Of a DNA stretch of 64,000 nucleotides, positions 39,092 through 50,199 are shown in pieces. The first letter of the stretch is position 1. Each line of letters begins with the position of its first letter. The stretch is from contig OZ223489.1 of the NCBI GenBank assembly GCA_965140785.1, positions 32,001 to 96,000 of the forward strand, given 5' to 3'. Source of the stretch: an uncultured Ruficoccus sp. (GTDB lineage Bacteria > Verrucomicrobiota > Verrucomicrobiia > Opitutales > Cerasicoccaceae). Below the pieces are notes generated by a model. That model was not told where the DNA came from and made no database searches. It saw only the letters and a program-made list of their open reading frames with translations. The translations under genes and the position numbers were made by a program.

Positions 39092-40222
39092 ATGAGCGAA
39101 AACCACTCGCCTGAGAATCAGATTGCCGTGGAAGGCATCTTCGAACCGTCTAACAACAAGACGGGGCAACTGCTTGACCCGTCCAAAAACGGGCGGCAGC
39201 GCCATAGCGATCCCTTCATCCCCCGGGAGCTGGTCCGCCGCTTCAAGCTCAAGCGCGGCCAGTGGGTCAGTGCCAACGCCATCCACGACGGGCGCTTCCC
39301 CAATCCCAAGGTCCGCTACATCGAGGCCATCGATGGGCTCAGCGTCGAGGACCGCCGCCGGCGCTACGACTTTTCCCAGCTCACCACCATCGCCCCCAAC
39401 GAACGGCTCAACCTGGAGTGCAAGGACGGACGCCTCACCACCCGCGTAATTGACCTGTTCTGCCCCATCGGCAAGGGCCAGCGCGGCCTCATCGTGGCCC
39501 CGCCCCGCACTGGTAAGACCACCCTGCTCAAGGACATCGCCGAAGGCGTGATCGAGAATCACCCCGAGTGCACCGTCATGGTCCTACTGGTGGACGAGCG
39601 GCCCGAGGAGGTGACCGACTTCCGCCGCGAGCTGCCCACGGCCGAGATTTTCGCCTCCTCCAACGACGAGGAGCTCGAGAGCCACATCCGCATCGCCGAC
39701 ATCGCCATTGACCGGGCCAAGCGCCAGATGGAGGTCGGCAAGGACGTGGTCCTGCTGCTGGACTCGATCACCCGCCTTTCCCGCGCCCACAATGCCAACC
39801 GCAGTTCCGGGCGCACCATGACCGGCGGTCTCGACGTGCGCGCCCTGGAAAAACCGCGCCAACTCTTCTCCTCCGCCCGCAATACCGAGGAGGCCGGCAG
39901 CCTGACCATCATCGCCTCCGCGCTCATCCAGACCGGCAGCAAGATGGACGACCTGATTTTCGAGGAGTTCAAGGGTACCGGAAATATGGAAATGGTCCTC
40001 GACCGCAAGTGCGCCGAGCTGCGCTTGTGGCCGGCCATCAACATCAACTCCTCCGGCACCCGCAAAGAAGAACTGCTGCTCGACGCCAAGACCCTCGACA
40101 AGGTCGGTTTCTTCCGCCGGGCCCTGGCACCGATGAAAATCGAGGACGGCTGCGAAACCCTGATCGAACGTATGGGCAAGACCAAGAATAATGCCGAACT
40201 CCTGCGGCTGCTGGAGGGTTAG
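39092..40222 (+). CDS. rho: Transcription termination factor Rho, short form
   Basis: PIGKGQRG, APPRTGKT, DERPEEVTD, LLDSITRL, FEEFKGTGNME. Confidence 0.92.
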   Translation: MSENHSPENQIAVEGIFEPSNNKTGQLLDPSKNGRQRHSDPFIPRELVRRFKLKRGQWVSANAIHDGRFPNPKVRYIEAIDGLSVEDRRRRYDFSQLTTIAPNERLNLECKDGRLTTRVIDLFCPIGKGQRGLIVAPPRTGKTTLLKDIAEGVIENHPECTVMVLLVDERPEEVTDFRRELPTAEIFASSNDEELESHIRIADIAIDRAKRQMEVGKDVVLLLDSITRLSRAHNANRSSGRTMTGGLDVRALEKPRQLFSSARNTEEAGSLTIIASALIQTGSKMDDLIFEEFKGTGNMEMVLDRKCAELRLWPAININSSGTRKEELLLDAKTLDKVGFFRRALAPMKIEDGCETLIERMGKTKNNAELLRLLEG

Positions 40223-40431
40223 GCAATGGCCCCAAATTCCGGCACCGGCGCCGGATTCATCCGTCCGGGTCCAGGGCACGCCCCCGGCCCAATGACCGTT
40301 AGGGTAAAAACGGCAGCGGAAGGGCGTGAATGACCTCGCTTTTGATCAATCCGATGGCCGTTTTTTCCAAACGGCCTTATGATCAATTGATTTTCCATCA
40401 ATCGGAAACCGATGGCATTAAGCTCTGCTAA

Positions 40432-40447
40432 TGGCACGAATAAAGCT
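40432..40447 (+). promoter_or_regulatory. Putative sigma-54 promoter
   Basis: TGGCACGAATAAAGCT (GG-N10-GC) about 60 bp before ORF 40509. Confidence 0.5.
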
Positions 40448-40508
40448 AACGTAAAATAACGTTTGCCAGGTTAACTCAGGCCGGCCGGGCTCCGATATTA
40501 AAATATCC

Positions 40509-40748
40509 ATGAAGACGGTATCCAGCCAACAGAGCGACCTGCGCCGCTTGTTTCACGACATCAATGGGGAGATATTCCTCATTCGCGGTAATGCCGATAT
40601 GGCCCTAATTGGCCTCCCGGAAGATTCCCCACTGAAAATCCAGCTTCAGGAAATCATCACTCACGCGGAGATTTTGGGTGAGCGCCTTCAGCAAACTCAC
40701 GACATTTGCGTGAGCGAGGACTCTATTCCCCAGGAAAAAGCATTATAA
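40509..40748 (+). CDS. Stand-alone HisKA/DHp-like small protein
   Basis: H-box-like LFHDINGEIFLIRGNADM then second helix; no HATPase domain. Confidence 0.55.
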   Translation: MKTVSSQQSDLRRLFHDINGEIFLIRGNADMALIGLPEDSPLKIQLQEIITHAEILGERLQQTHDICVSEDSIPQEKAL

Positions 40749-40799
40749 GCGATTTTTCTCTTAAGGAGCGGTCAAGCCGCCCGATAAGGCTAACTAACC

Positions 40800-40988
40800 A
40801 TGCTGCCTAGAATAGAATATTCCAACGTGAACGCCCCGCTCCCGCCGCGAAGCGGGCAATACCGCGCGCCCTCTGGTAAGATACGGCGCGAAAAGGTGTT
40901 GCTGGGGCAGCGATTGATGGCGGATCCCGATTATCCCGGTCGCGATGCCCTGCGGGGTGTCGCCAGAGCGATGATCGAGAACTGCTGA
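40800..40988 (+). CDS. Small hypothetical protein, weakly FlgM C-terminus-like
   Basis: IRREKV....LMADPDYP pattern. Confidence 0.35.
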   Translation: MLPRIEYSNVNAPLPPRSGQYRAPSGKIRREKVLLGQRLMADPDYPGRDALRGVARAMIENC

Positions 40989-41223
40989 ATATCGCTCCAG
41001 TAACCCGCAATAGATCGGTGCTTTCCTGTCACGGCGCCGGCGGAACGGCTTGGCCAGCCAGCCAAGACCGAAAAAATCCAACTCTCACGCCTTTCGTGTG
41101 GACGCCGGGGTTTTTGTCATTAGGCTGCGGGGCTCAAACGCAAACTTGAGCTTTTAGCTGGCGACGCCTTTGTGCCCCCCTTGTCAGGGTCAAAGGTCCG
41201 CCTAACCCTTACCCGAGATTATT

Positions 41224-42801
41224 ATGAGTTGGAGCCGCTTCAAAGAGTATTGCCTGAATATCCCTTCCCTGGACCTGATGCTGGACGTCAGCCGTGTTGA
41301 CTTCCCGGAGACCTATTTCGCGGAAATGCAGCCGAAGATCACCCAGGCCATCGCCGATATGGAGGCCCTCGAAGGTGGCGCCATCGCCAACCCCGACGAA
41401 AACCGCATGGTCGGCCACTACTGGCTGCGCAACGCCGCCCTCGCCCCCGAGGCCTCGATCACCGAGGAGATCTCGCAGACCCGCCAGCGCATCAAGGATT
41501 TTGCCGCCCAGGTCCTCTCCGGCGAGATCGCCGGTCAGGACGGCCCCTTTAAGAATATCCTCTGCATCGGTATCGGTGGCTCCGCCCTGGGCCCGCAATT
41601 TGTTGCCCAGGCCCTCGGTAACCCCGCCACCGACCCGGTGAAGGTCTATTTCTTCGATAATACCGACCCGGACGGCTTCGACATCGTCCTCAAGCAGTTG
41701 GAGGGCAAGCTCGGCCAGACGCTGGCCGTCGTCACCACCAAGTCCGGCGGCACCCCCGAGACCCGCAACGGCATGGTCGAGGCCGAAGCCGCCTGGAAGG
41801 CAGCCGGCCTGGACTTCGCCAAGCACGCCGTGGCCATCACCGGCAAGGACAGCAAGATGGACAAGGTCGCCGTCTCCGAAGGCTGGATCGAACGCTTCCC
41901 GATGTGGGACTGGGTCGGTGGACGCACCAGCGAGCTCGCCGCCGTGGGCCTCGTCCCCGCCGCCCTCTCCGGCTTCGACATTGACGGCATGCTCGACGGC
42001 GCCGCCGCCATGGACGAAGTCACCCGCGAGAAGGATTTCCGCAAAAACCCCGCCGCCCTGCTCGCCCTCATGTGGTACCACCTGACCGGCGGACGCGGTG
42101 CCAAGGACATGGTCATCCTGCCCTACAAGGAGCGCCTCTCGCTCTTCGCCAAGTACCTCCAGCAACTCGTTATGGAGTCCCTCGGCAAGGAAAAGGACCT
42201 CGACGGTAACGTCGTCCACCAGGGCATCGCCGTTTACGGCAACAAGGGCTCGACCGACCAGCACGCCTACGTGCAGCAGTTGCGCGACGGCGTCGCGAAC
42301 TTTTACGCCACCTTTATCGAGGTGCTCAAATCCCGCGACGGCGACTCCATAAAGGTCGAGGGCGAGCACACCGCCGGAGACTTCCTCCAGGGCTTCCTCC
42401 TGGGCACCCGCGACGCGCTCTACGAGAATGGCCGCAACTCCATTACCATCACGGTCGGAGAGGTTACGCCGTTCACCGTGGGCATGCTGATCGCCCTCTA
42501 TGAGCGCGCCGTCGGCTACTACGGCTCGCTGGTCAACATCAACGCCTACCACCAGCCCGGCGTCGAAGCGGGCAAAAAGGCCGCCGCCGGCACCCTCGAA
42601 CTGCGTCAGGCCATCCTCGACACCCTCCGGGCAGCCAAGGGCGAAAGCTTCACCGCCGAGACCCTGGCCCAAAAACTAGGGCGCGAACCCCAGACCGAAC
42701 TGATATACAAAATCCTTGAGAATCTGGCCGCCAACCCCTCCAAGGGCGTGCAAAAAAGTGCTGGCCAAGCCTTCTACGACAATCAATATTCGTGCGTTTA
42801 G
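41224..42801 (+). CDS. pgi: Glucose-6-phosphate isomerase
   Basis: [40 protein letters not shown]. Confidence 0.96.
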   Translation: MSWSRFKEYCLNIPSLDLMLDVSRVDFPETYFAEMQPKITQAIADMEALEGGAIANPDENRMVGHYWLRNAALAPEASITEEISQTRQRIKDFAAQVLSGEIAGQDGPFKNILCIGIGGSALGPQFVAQALGNPATDPVKVYFFDNTDPDGFDIVLKQLEGKLGQTLAVVTTKSGGTPETRNGMVEAEAAWKAAGLDFAKHAVAITGKDSKMDKVAVSEGWIERFPMWDWVGGRTSELAAVGLVPAALSGFDIDGMLDGAAAMDEVTREKDFRKNPAALLALMWYHLTGGRGAKDMVILPYKERLSLFAKYLQQLVMESLGKEKDLDGNVVHQGIAVYGNKGSTDQHAYVQQLRDGVANFYATFIEVLKSRDGDSIKVEGEHTAGDFLQGFLLGTRDALYENGRNSITITVGEVTPFTVGMLIALYERAVGYYGSLVNINAYHQPGVEAGKKAAAGTLELRQAILDTLRAAKGESFTAETLAQKLGREPQTELIYKILENLAANPSKGVQKSAGQAFYDNQYSCV

Positions 42802-42832
42802 CCCCAAGTAATCCAGTTCAGTTACCCGCTTT

Positions 42833-43735
42833 ATGAAAATGGTTTCTATCCTCCTCCGCGTTATCGCGATCCTCGGTGCCTGCGCCGCCGTTGCCGGTTG
42901 GGTCCTCACCCAGGGCAAGGTCAACGAGGCCAATGAAAAACTTGCCCAAAAGGACAAGCAAGTCCAGGCCGCTAAGGCCCAGGCCAGCGATGCCCAGGGC
43001 CAGCTCGAAGGACTGCAGGGACAGATCCGCAGCCTCGACTCCGACCTCGGCGCGATCAAGGACCGCGAAGCCAAGGCCCGCTCCCAGTACGCCAAGGCCA
43101 GCCGCGACATCACCGGCCTCCAGTCCGACCTCGACAAGGCTCAGAAAGATCTCAACGACCTGAAGAGTAAAAACGAGAGCCTGAAGCGCGAGTTGATCGA
43201 CCAGCGTACCCGCGTGCCCGGCACCGATGCCACCATGGTCACCGACTACGAGGCGAAGATCGAAAAGCTCGAATCCCAGATCAGCGCTCTGAGCACCCAG
43301 CTCGCCGACGCCAACAAGAAGCTTCAGGAGGCCTCCGCTACCGCCGCTTCCGTGGCCGCCACCGTGCCCTCGACCCGCTCCACCTACGGCAGCACGACCT
43401 ATAACCCCGGCACCACCACTGCCGGCACGACGACCACGACCACTGTCGCTAATGCCGACGGCACGCCGTCGGCCGCCCCGATTGTCACCACCTCCGTCAT
43501 CGGCAGCGCCTCGATCCTGAAGGCCGACCACGAGAAGGGCATTCTGATCATCAGCCGTCCCCAGCGGGGCGACTTGCAGAGCCAGAGCGAGTTCGGCATC
43601 GTCAAGGGCCTGGAAAAACCCGTTCGCCTGAAAGCTACCAAAGTTGAGCCGACCTACGTGATCACCAACATCATTCCCGGCGATAACAACGCCCGCATCT
43701 ACAAGGAAGGTGACCAAGTTTCGATCATCCAGTAA
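42833..43735 (+). CDS. Membrane-anchored coiled-coil protein with Thr-rich linker
   Basis: N-terminal TM, heptad region, T-rich stretch, C-terminal beta-rich domain. Confidence 0.75.
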   Translation: MKMVSILLRVIAILGACAAVAGWVLTQGKVNEANEKLAQKDKQVQAAKAQASDAQGQLEGLQGQIRSLDSDLGAIKDREAKARSQYAKASRDITGLQSDLDKAQKDLNDLKSKNESLKRELIDQRTRVPGTDATMVTDYEAKIEKLESQISALSTQLADANKKLQEASATAASVAATVPSTRSTYGSTTYNPGTTTAGTTTTTTVANADGTPSAAPIVTTSVIGSASILKADHEKGILIISRPQRGDLQSQSEFGIVKGLEKPVRLKATKVEPTYVITNIIPGDNNARIYKEGDQVSIIQ

Positions 43736-43742
43736 ACGTACT

Positions 43743-43910
43743 ATGTGGAAAAAATTGCTGTGTCTGAGTGCTCTCGCCCTCGCCGCCCTCGCGATCAGTG
43801 GTTGCGAGAGCGATCCGGATGAATCCAACATCCCTTGGGGTCGCCCGGCCTCCTGGGAAGGCGGTCCCGCCGGTTACGGCGACGCGCTCCCCGGCAAGGA
43901 AAGATACTGA
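43743..43910 (+). CDS. Small lipoprotein
   Basis: Lipobox ISG|C; IPWGRPASWEG. Confidence 0.7.
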   Translation: MWKKLLCLSALALAALAISGCESDPDESNIPWGRPASWEGGPAGYGDALPGKERY

Positions 43911-43933
43911 TTTTAGCGTCCTCGGACGCATCC

Positions 43934-43965
43934 AGCAGGTTCCGGTCACCGGAACCTGCTTTTTT
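43934..43965 (+). terminator. Intrinsic terminator
   Basis: AGCAGGTTCCGG/CCGGAACCTGCT stem plus T tract. Confidence 0.85.
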
Positions 43966-44028
43966 GTGCCCAAGCACAACCCGGTCTTGAGCCTGCCGAC
44001 GGACCGGTCTATGCATCGTGACTCTGCC

Positions 44029-44754
44029 ATGAGTGACCCCCTTTCAGCCGAATCGTCCGCCCCGGCCCTTGAGCCCGCGCTCTATGTCGTCGGTACTCCG
44101 ATTGGCAATCTGAGCGACTTGAGCCAGCGGGCCATCGACGTGCTCTGCGGGTGCGACGTGATCGCCTGCGAGGACACCCGCAAGACCGGGCATCTCCTGG
44201 CCCGGATCGGCAGCACCCGCCCCACCCTCTCCTGCCACGAGCACAACGAGCAGCCCCGCGCCTCAGAGCTGGCCGACAAGGTCGCCGCCGGGCAGGCCGT
44301 GGCCATCGTCTCCGACGCGGGCACGCCCGCCATCTCCGACCCGGGCTTCCGTGCCGTGCGCGAGTGCCGCCGCCGGGGCCTGAGGGTCATCCCCATCCCC
44401 GGCCCGAGTGCTGTCATCGCCGCCCTTTCGGCCTCCGGCCTGCCGACCAACGGTTTTCTCTACGTCGGCTTCCTCCCGCCCAAAAGCGCCGCCCGCCGAC
44501 GCTTTCTGGAGGAGCACCGGAACTTTCCGTACACCCTGGCCCTCTACGAATCCTCCCACCGCATCGGCAAGTTTGCCGCCGAGATGGTGGACGTACTCGG
44601 CCCGCAGCGTGTCGTCTGCCTGGCCCGCGAGGTGACCAAGCTGCACGAGACCTTCCTCGTCGGCCCGGTCGAGCAGGTGGCCGCCCAGCTCACCGGCAAC
44701 AACCTGAAAGGCGAATTCACGGTCCTGATCGCGCCGGATACGTTCGAGCTCTAA
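44029..44754 (+). CDS. rsmI: 16S rRNA C1402 2'-O-methyltransferase
   Basis: TPIGNLSD, ACEDTR, SDAGTPAISDPG, REVTKLHE. Confidence 0.95.
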   Translation: MSDPLSAESSAPALEPALYVVGTPIGNLSDLSQRAIDVLCGCDVIACEDTRKTGHLLARIGSTRPTLSCHEHNEQPRASELADKVAAGQAVAIVSDAGTPAISDPGFRAVRECRRRGLRVIPIPGPSAVIAALSASGLPTNGFLYVGFLPPKSAARRRFLEEHRNFPYTLALYESSHRIGKFAAEMVDVLGPQRVVCLAREVTKLHETFLVGPVEQVAAQLTGNNLKGEFTVLIAPDTFEL

Positions 44755-45066
44755 GCGTCAGAGCAGAGACCTGACGCAGTGACGCACTGCGTCACTGCTG
44801 CCACTGCCAACACGGCGACATCAGCGACGGCAGTTGACGCTAGCTCAAACGCACGCCGCTTTGCCCAGGCTTAAAACTTTTTAGGTACGTGGGTATTGAC
44901 GGCGAGAAGTCGCCATCCCCGGCGAATGGCATCGACCAGCCCTCAGGCGTATTGACCACTGCCGCCGGAAAAATGACGGAGAGCGGCATGTAAATTCCCC
45001 CCGCCCACCGTCTTCTCCGTGACTCCGGGGTTCTTTTGTGCTTAATAGGGATTCACTTTCCCCCTC

Positions 45067-45990
45067 ATGAGAATCGGCGTCATCGACATCGGAAGCAATT
45101 CCATCAAACTCCTCGTGGCCGAAACCGGCTCCACCCTGGCCGCACTTTACCAGACCACACTGGAGACCCGTATCAGCGCCGGCATTGGCAAGGACCAGCC
45201 CGTCCTTAGCCAACCCGCCATGAAGGCCGCCACCGAGGCCGTGATCAAGCTGATCAACGAGGCCCGAAAATTTGCCCCGGAGAGCTTCGCCATCGTCGCC
45301 ACCAGCGCCGTCCGCGACGCCGTCAACCGCAAGGATTTCATCCAACGCATCGAAGACGCCACCGGCCACCGCCTGCGCGTCCTCACCGGCGAGGAAGAGG
45401 CCGCCTACATCGGGCGGGCCATCACGACCGATCCGGCCTTGGCTGAGTACCGCGCCTTCACCCTGTGCGACCTGGGCGGCGGCAGCCTGGAGTTTATTCG
45501 GCTGGAGGACGGCAACCTGACCGAGAAGGTCAGCCTCCAGCTCGGCGCGGTCCGGCTGCTGGAACGCTTTGTCAACGACCCGACCGCACCCCTGGCGCCG
45601 CGCACCGCCGCCCGCATCGCCGACTACGTGCGCCAGAAGGTGACCGAGTCGGGCTTTCGCGCCATCAAGGGCCAGAAGCTCCTCGCCGCCACCGGCGGGG
45701 CGGTCAATGTCGCCCGCGCCGTGCGCGCCGGCTGGCTGGGCCGCAAGTACGCCGAGACGCCCTCGACCATCACCGTGAATTTCCTGCGCTACCTCGGCGA
45801 AGAGCTCAGCGCCGCCACCCTGGAGGAGCGCCAGCGCATCCCCCAGCTCCCCGCCGAGCGCGCCGACATCATGCCGGTGGCCTGCGTCATTCTGCTCACC
45901 GTGGCCGAGCTTGCCGGGGCCGATCATTTCGTCCACTCCCTGCACAACCTGCGCTACGGCATCGCCGCCGAAGCGGGCGAAGGCGGGTAA
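45067..45990 (+). CDS. ppx: Ppx/GppA family exopolyphosphatase
   Basis: IDIGSNS, ATSAVRDA, GEEEA, DLGGGSLE. Confidence 0.88.
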   Translation: MRIGVIDIGSNSIKLLVAETGSTLAALYQTTLETRISAGIGKDQPVLSQPAMKAATEAVIKLINEARKFAPESFAIVATSAVRDAVNRKDFIQRIEDATGHRLRVLTGEEEAAYIGRAITTDPALAEYRAFTLCDLGGGSLEFIRLEDGNLTEKVSLQLGAVRLLERFVNDPTAPLAPRTAARIADYVRQKVTESGFRAIKGQKLLAATGGAVNVARAVRAGWLGRKYAETPSTITVNFLRYLGEELSAATLEERQRIPQLPAERADIMPVACVILLTVAELAGADHFVHSLHNLRYGIAAEAGEGG

Positions 45991-46038
45991 GGGGAGGATT
46001 TCTGGGCTTATGCAGCCCAGACCCGCAGCAGACGAAGT

Positions 46039-46285
46039 CTGCACTTTCGATGCTGCGCATCGCGTCGGCGTTCGTGGGAAAGAGCGATCGCTCTTTCCCA
46101 CAAACGCCGAGGGAGCATCAAAACTGGGTCGCCACCTTTTTACTCCGCTCGCGACCCGTATTTAGCTGGGCAGGCCGTGCGTCAGAAGAGACTTCAAAGT
46201 CGGTCCGGCGTTTGTGCGCAGCACGAACGCCGGACCGGGGGTGCAGGCTTCGCCTGCCGCGGGGTTTGGGGGCGCGGAGCCCCCA
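46039..46285. repeat. Multi-branched structured element, copy 2
   Basis: Shares ends and internal hairpins with 33974-34140. Confidence 0.75.
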
Positions 46286-46301
46286 ACATCTCCCCCCCAC
46301 C

Positions 46302-47543
46302 CTACCCGCGCAGGTCGCCCAAACGCGGGCCGCCCTGGGCCTTGGCACGGGCGCGCAAGCGCAGGCCCTGGAGGTGGATGAAGCCGCTGGCGTCGTCAGG
46401 GTTGTAGTCGCTTTTGACGCCTTCCATCGAGGCGATGTTCTCGTCGTAGAGCGAGACGGGGGACTTGCGCCCAACGGTGATGATGTTGCCCTTGTAAAGT
46501 TTCAGGCGGACGGTGCCGTTGACGTTTTTCTGCGACTCGTCCACGAAGGCCTGAAGCGCCTCGCGCTCGGGCGCGTACCAGAACCCGTAGTAAACCAGCT
46601 CGGCGTACTTGGGGATGAGGCTGTCGCGCAGGTGGGCAAGGTCGCGGTCGAGGGTCAGGGACTCGACCTGGCGGCGGGCGTGAAGGAGGATGGTACCGCC
46701 GGGGGTCTCATAGACGCCGCGGCTCTTCATGCCCACGAAGCGGTTCTCGACCAAGTCCACACGGCCGATGCCGTGCTTGCCGGCGAGGGTGTTGAGCTTT
46801 TTGAGGACGCCGGCGGGGCTGAGGGCCTCACCGTTGACGGCCACACAATCGCCCTTTTCAAAGTCCAGCTCGACGTATTCGGCCTGGTCGGGGGCGTCCT
46901 CGGGGGAGACGGAGAGCTTGAACATGGCCTTGTTCTCCGGCGTGGTCGGGTCGAACCACGGATCTTCGAGAATACCCGCCTCGTAGGAAATGTGCAGCAG
47001 ATTGCGATCCATCGAGTAGGGCTTGGACGCGCTGGCCTCGACGTTGACGCCGTGCTCGCGGCACCAGTTGATCATCTCCTTGCGGCCCGGGAAGGCGTGG
47101 CGGAACTTGTCCATGCGCCAGGGCGAAATGATTTCGATGTCCGGGGCAAGCGCGGCGTAGGTCAGTTCGAAACGGCACTGGTCGTTGCCCTTGCCGGTCG
47201 CGCCGTGGGCAACATGGGTCGCGCCCTCCTTGCGGGCGATCTCGATGTGGTGCTTGCCGATGAGCGGGCGGGCGATGGAGGTGCCCAGATAGTACTGGCC
47301 CTCGTAGATGGCGTTGGCGCGCATCATCGGGTAAATGAAGTCGCTGGCGAACTCCTCGACCAGGTCGAGCGTGTAGTGCTTGACCGCACCGGTGGCCTTG
47401 GCCTTTTCCTCCAGCCCGTCGAGCTCCTCCTGCTGGCCCACGTCGGCCGCAAAGGTCACGATCTCGGCGGAGTATTCTTCTTTCAACCACTTGACCAGGA
47501 CGGACGTGTCGAGCCCGCCGGAATATGCCAGGACAATCTTCAT
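46302..47543 (-). CDS. argG: Argininosuccinate synthase
   Basis: [29 protein letters not shown]. Confidence 0.97.
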   Translation of the reverse strand: MKIVLAYSGGLDTSVLVKWLKEEYSAEIVTFAADVGQQEELDGLEEKAKATGAVKHYTLDLVEEFASDFIYPMMRANAIYEGQYYLGTSIARPLIGKHHIEIARKEGATHVAHGATGKGNDQCRFELTYAALAPDIEIISPWRMDKFRHAFPGRKEMINWCREHGVNVEASASKPYSMDRNLLHISYEAGILEDPWFDPTTPENKAMFKLSVSPEDAPDQAEYVELDFEKGDCVAVNGEALSPAGVLKKLNTLAGKHGIGRVDLVENRFVGMKSRGVYETPGGTILLHARRQVESLTLDRDLAHLRDSLIPKYAELVYYGFWYAPEREALQAFVDESQKNVNGTVRLKLYKGNIITVGRKSPVSLYDENIASMEGVKSDYNPDDASGFIHLQGLRLRARAKAQGGPRLGDLRG

Positions 47544-47612
47544 AAGCCCTCGAAAAGATGAGATTCCCGGGGTCAAGTCAATGCTGGACGCCAGTCCGAA
47601 GCATAAAGAACC

Positions 47613-47735
47613 AGCCACAGAGAGCATGGAGAATACACAGAGTTTTTAAAAAAACTCGAAAGGCAGCGATTCAACTAAACAACCTCCCAAAATGATAAAT
47701 TCCCTTCCCCTTTCTGCCTTTGTGTCTTTGTGGTT
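47613..47735. repeat. Degenerate 9-nt-period inverted-arm element
   Basis: GCCACAGAGAGCATGGAG... / ...CCTTTGTGTCTTTGTGGTT. Confidence 0.5.
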
Positions 47736-47854
47736 AATCATCTTTAAATGAAGAATCAACCTCCCGCACAAAGCGTATCTGATTCTCGTCTTTTCGTGCA
47801 TTAGCGCATTTTACTGTTTCCAAGCGGGCGAAAATCCCGACAATAGCCCGCGCT

Positions 47855-49084
47855 ATGACGCCGAAGAAAGTTGGAATCCTTACCGCCGGGGGGCTCGCGC
47901 CCTGTCTGTCGTCCGCCGTGGGCGGCCTGATCGAACGCTACACCGAGATTGCACCGGATATTGAGATCATTTGCTACCGCAGCGGCTACAAGGGCCTGCT
48001 GCTGGGCGACTCGATCAAGGTCACGCCCGAGATCCGCGCCAACGCCGCCATCCTGCACCGCCACGGCGGCAGCCCGATCGGCAACAGCCGCGTGAAGCTC
48101 ACCAACGTCAAGGACTGCGTCAAGCGCGGCCTGGTCAAGGAAGGCGAGAACCCGCAGAAGGTCGCCGCCGACCAGCTCGTCAAGGACGGGGTGGACGTGC
48201 TCCACACCATCGGGGGTGATGACACCAACACCGCCGCCGCCGACCTGGCCAAGTTCCTCCACGAGAACGACTACGAGCTGCACGTCATCGGCCTGCCCAA
48301 GACCATCGACAACGACGTCATCCCGATCAAGCAAAGCCTCGGGGCCTGGACCGCCGCCGAGGAGGGCGCCAAGTACTTCCGCAACGTCGTGGCCGAGCAC
48401 AACTCCAACCCGCGCATGCTCATCGTGCACGAGGTCATGGGCCGCAACTGCGGCTGGCTCACCGCCGCCACTGCCAAGTACTACCGCGAAAACATCCTCG
48501 GCGACCGGGGCTTCCTGCCCGAGATCGGCCTGGGCAAGAGCAACCTCGACGTGCACGCTATTTTCGTTCCCGAGATGGAGATCGACTTCGCCGCCGAGGC
48601 CAAGCGCCTCAAGGCGATCATGGACGAGGTGGACTGCGTGAACATCTTCGTCAGCGAAGGAGCCGGTGTCTCCAGCATCGTCAAGGAGATGGAAGCTGCC
48701 GGTAAGGAAGTCCAGCGCGACGCCTTCGGCCACATCAAGCTCGACACCATCAACCCCGGCCAGTACTTCGCCAAGGAGTTCGCCAAGAAGCTCGACGCCG
48801 AGAAGACGATGGTGCAAAAGAGCGGCTACTTCTCCCGCGCGGCCCCGGCCAACATCGACGACCTGCGCCTGATCAAGTCCTGCACCGACCTGGCTGTGCA
48901 GTGCGCCTTCGAGGGCAAGAGCGGCGTCATCGGCCACGACGAGGACCAGAACTTCGTCCTGCGCGCGATCGAGTTCGACCGCATCAAGGGGGGCAAGCCC
49001 TTTGACATCGACCAGCCCTGGTTCGAGGACCTGCTCGGCGCCATCGGCCAGTCCAAGGGCACCAAGGTCGAAGTCGAGCACTGA
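47855..49084 (+). CDS. pfp: Pyrophosphate-dependent phosphofructokinase
   Basis: TAGGLAPC, GGDDT (Asp diagnostic of PPi use), PKTIDND, EVMGR. Confidence 0.93.
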   Translation: MTPKKVGILTAGGLAPCLSSAVGGLIERYTEIAPDIEIICYRSGYKGLLLGDSIKVTPEIRANAAILHRHGGSPIGNSRVKLTNVKDCVKRGLVKEGENPQKVAADQLVKDGVDVLHTIGGDDTNTAAADLAKFLHENDYELHVIGLPKTIDNDVIPIKQSLGAWTAAEEGAKYFRNVVAEHNSNPRMLIVHEVMGRNCGWLTAATAKYYRENILGDRGFLPEIGLGKSNLDVHAIFVPEMEIDFAAEAKRLKAIMDEVDCVNIFVSEGAGVSSIVKEMEAAGKEVQRDAFGHIKLDTINPGQYFAKEFAKKLDAEKTMVQKSGYFSRAAPANIDDLRLIKSCTDLAVQCAFEGKSGVIGHDEDQNFVLRAIEFDRIKGGKPFDIDQPWFEDLLGAIGQSKGTKVEVEH

Positions 49085-49165
49085 GCCCGGCTACCGATTT
49101 TTTGAATCCACAGCCGCCAAGATCGCGCTCGACAATTTAAGGGTAAGCACCTATAAGGTCACATC

Positions 49166-49846
49166 ATGGGGAAATTAGCCGCTTTACTTACCGTGGTCGC
49201 GTGCGGACTGACCGTTAACGCTTCCGCGCAGAACCTGCTCGCGTACTGGAATATGGACTCCGTGTCCGTCAGTGGGAAGCTCGAAGCTGACAACGGCAGC
49301 CAGCAAGGTAACGTCTCCATGGCGGCCAAACCCGAAGGTATCTTTATCAATTACCTGACAACCGGCACCGGTACTGAGATTAACATCTACCCGTCGAGCA
49401 CGATTACCCCCGGCAACCAGGCGCTCATTGTTAGCTCGGTCGCTGACATCGGCCAGGCCGCTTACCTCGAGATATCGGGACTGAACTTTACAAACCAGAC
49501 CGATGGTGTCATCTCTTTTGCGATCAAGAGCGAGGACGGGCTGATCTGGAATCAACACATCGATCTCGGCTACAAAGTCGGCGCGGGAACGTGGCAAGAC
49601 TGGGACACCACCGGAACGATTCAAAAAACCGACTGGGAGCTGACTACCTTTGACATCCCCGACGCTGTCAATGGCCAGAGCGATGTCAGTGTGCGAATTG
49701 AAATCATCGACTGGCTTGCTTTCGTTCACGAACTCGGCATCGACAACATCCAGATCACCGCAGTGCCGGAGCCGGGCACCTGGGCGCTGATGGCCGGAGT
49801 CGGAGCCGCCGGGCTGTTGCTCCTGCGCCGCCGCAAGCGCGGGTAA
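49166..49846 (+). CDS. PEP-CTERM exosortase substrate
   Basis: Signal peptide; VPEP + TM + RRRKR. Confidence 0.9.
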   Translation: MGKLAALLTVVACGLTVNASAQNLLAYWNMDSVSVSGKLEADNGSQQGNVSMAAKPEGIFINYLTTGTGTEINIYPSSTITPGNQALIVSSVADIGQAAYLEISGLNFTNQTDGVISFAIKSEDGLIWNQHIDLGYKVGAGTWQDWDTTGTIQKTDWELTTFDIPDAVNGQSDVSVRIEIIDWLAFVHELGIDNIQITAVPEPGTWALMAGVGAAGLLLLRRRKRG

Positions 49847-49883
49847 GGCCGACGAAGCTTCGCTATTATTTTTCAAGATCCCG

Positions 49884-49912
49884 AGGCCGGAGCATTTCGC
49901 TCCGGCCTTTTT
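49884..49912 (+). terminator. Intrinsic terminator
   Basis: AGGCCGGAGC/GCTCCGGCCT plus T tract. Confidence 0.8.
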
Positions 49913-50199
49913 CGTGCCCATCGGTCGGGAAATCTGGGGTTCTCTTCCCGCAGGAGCGCCTGCGCGTGGCCTCCGAGCTCCATCGTCGCCCCACTCCCCC
50001 TGAAAACCGGGACCTCTCGTGCCGACTGAAAACAGAACAGGCCGGGAGAAACTCCCGGCCTGCACCATTTATAGCTAAGAAACACCGGATCCACTCCGGC
50101 GCAAAGAGAAAGCATTTTTGCTATCTATATATAGACCGGGGAAGGCAGGCAATATTCAATCCGTGCCCGCCTCTCCCCGGCGGAAGGTTGATGGAGCGT

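Noticed and set aside
45465..47561. 698-aa plus-strand ORF
   Set aside because: Shadow frame over ppx, a repeat and antisense argG
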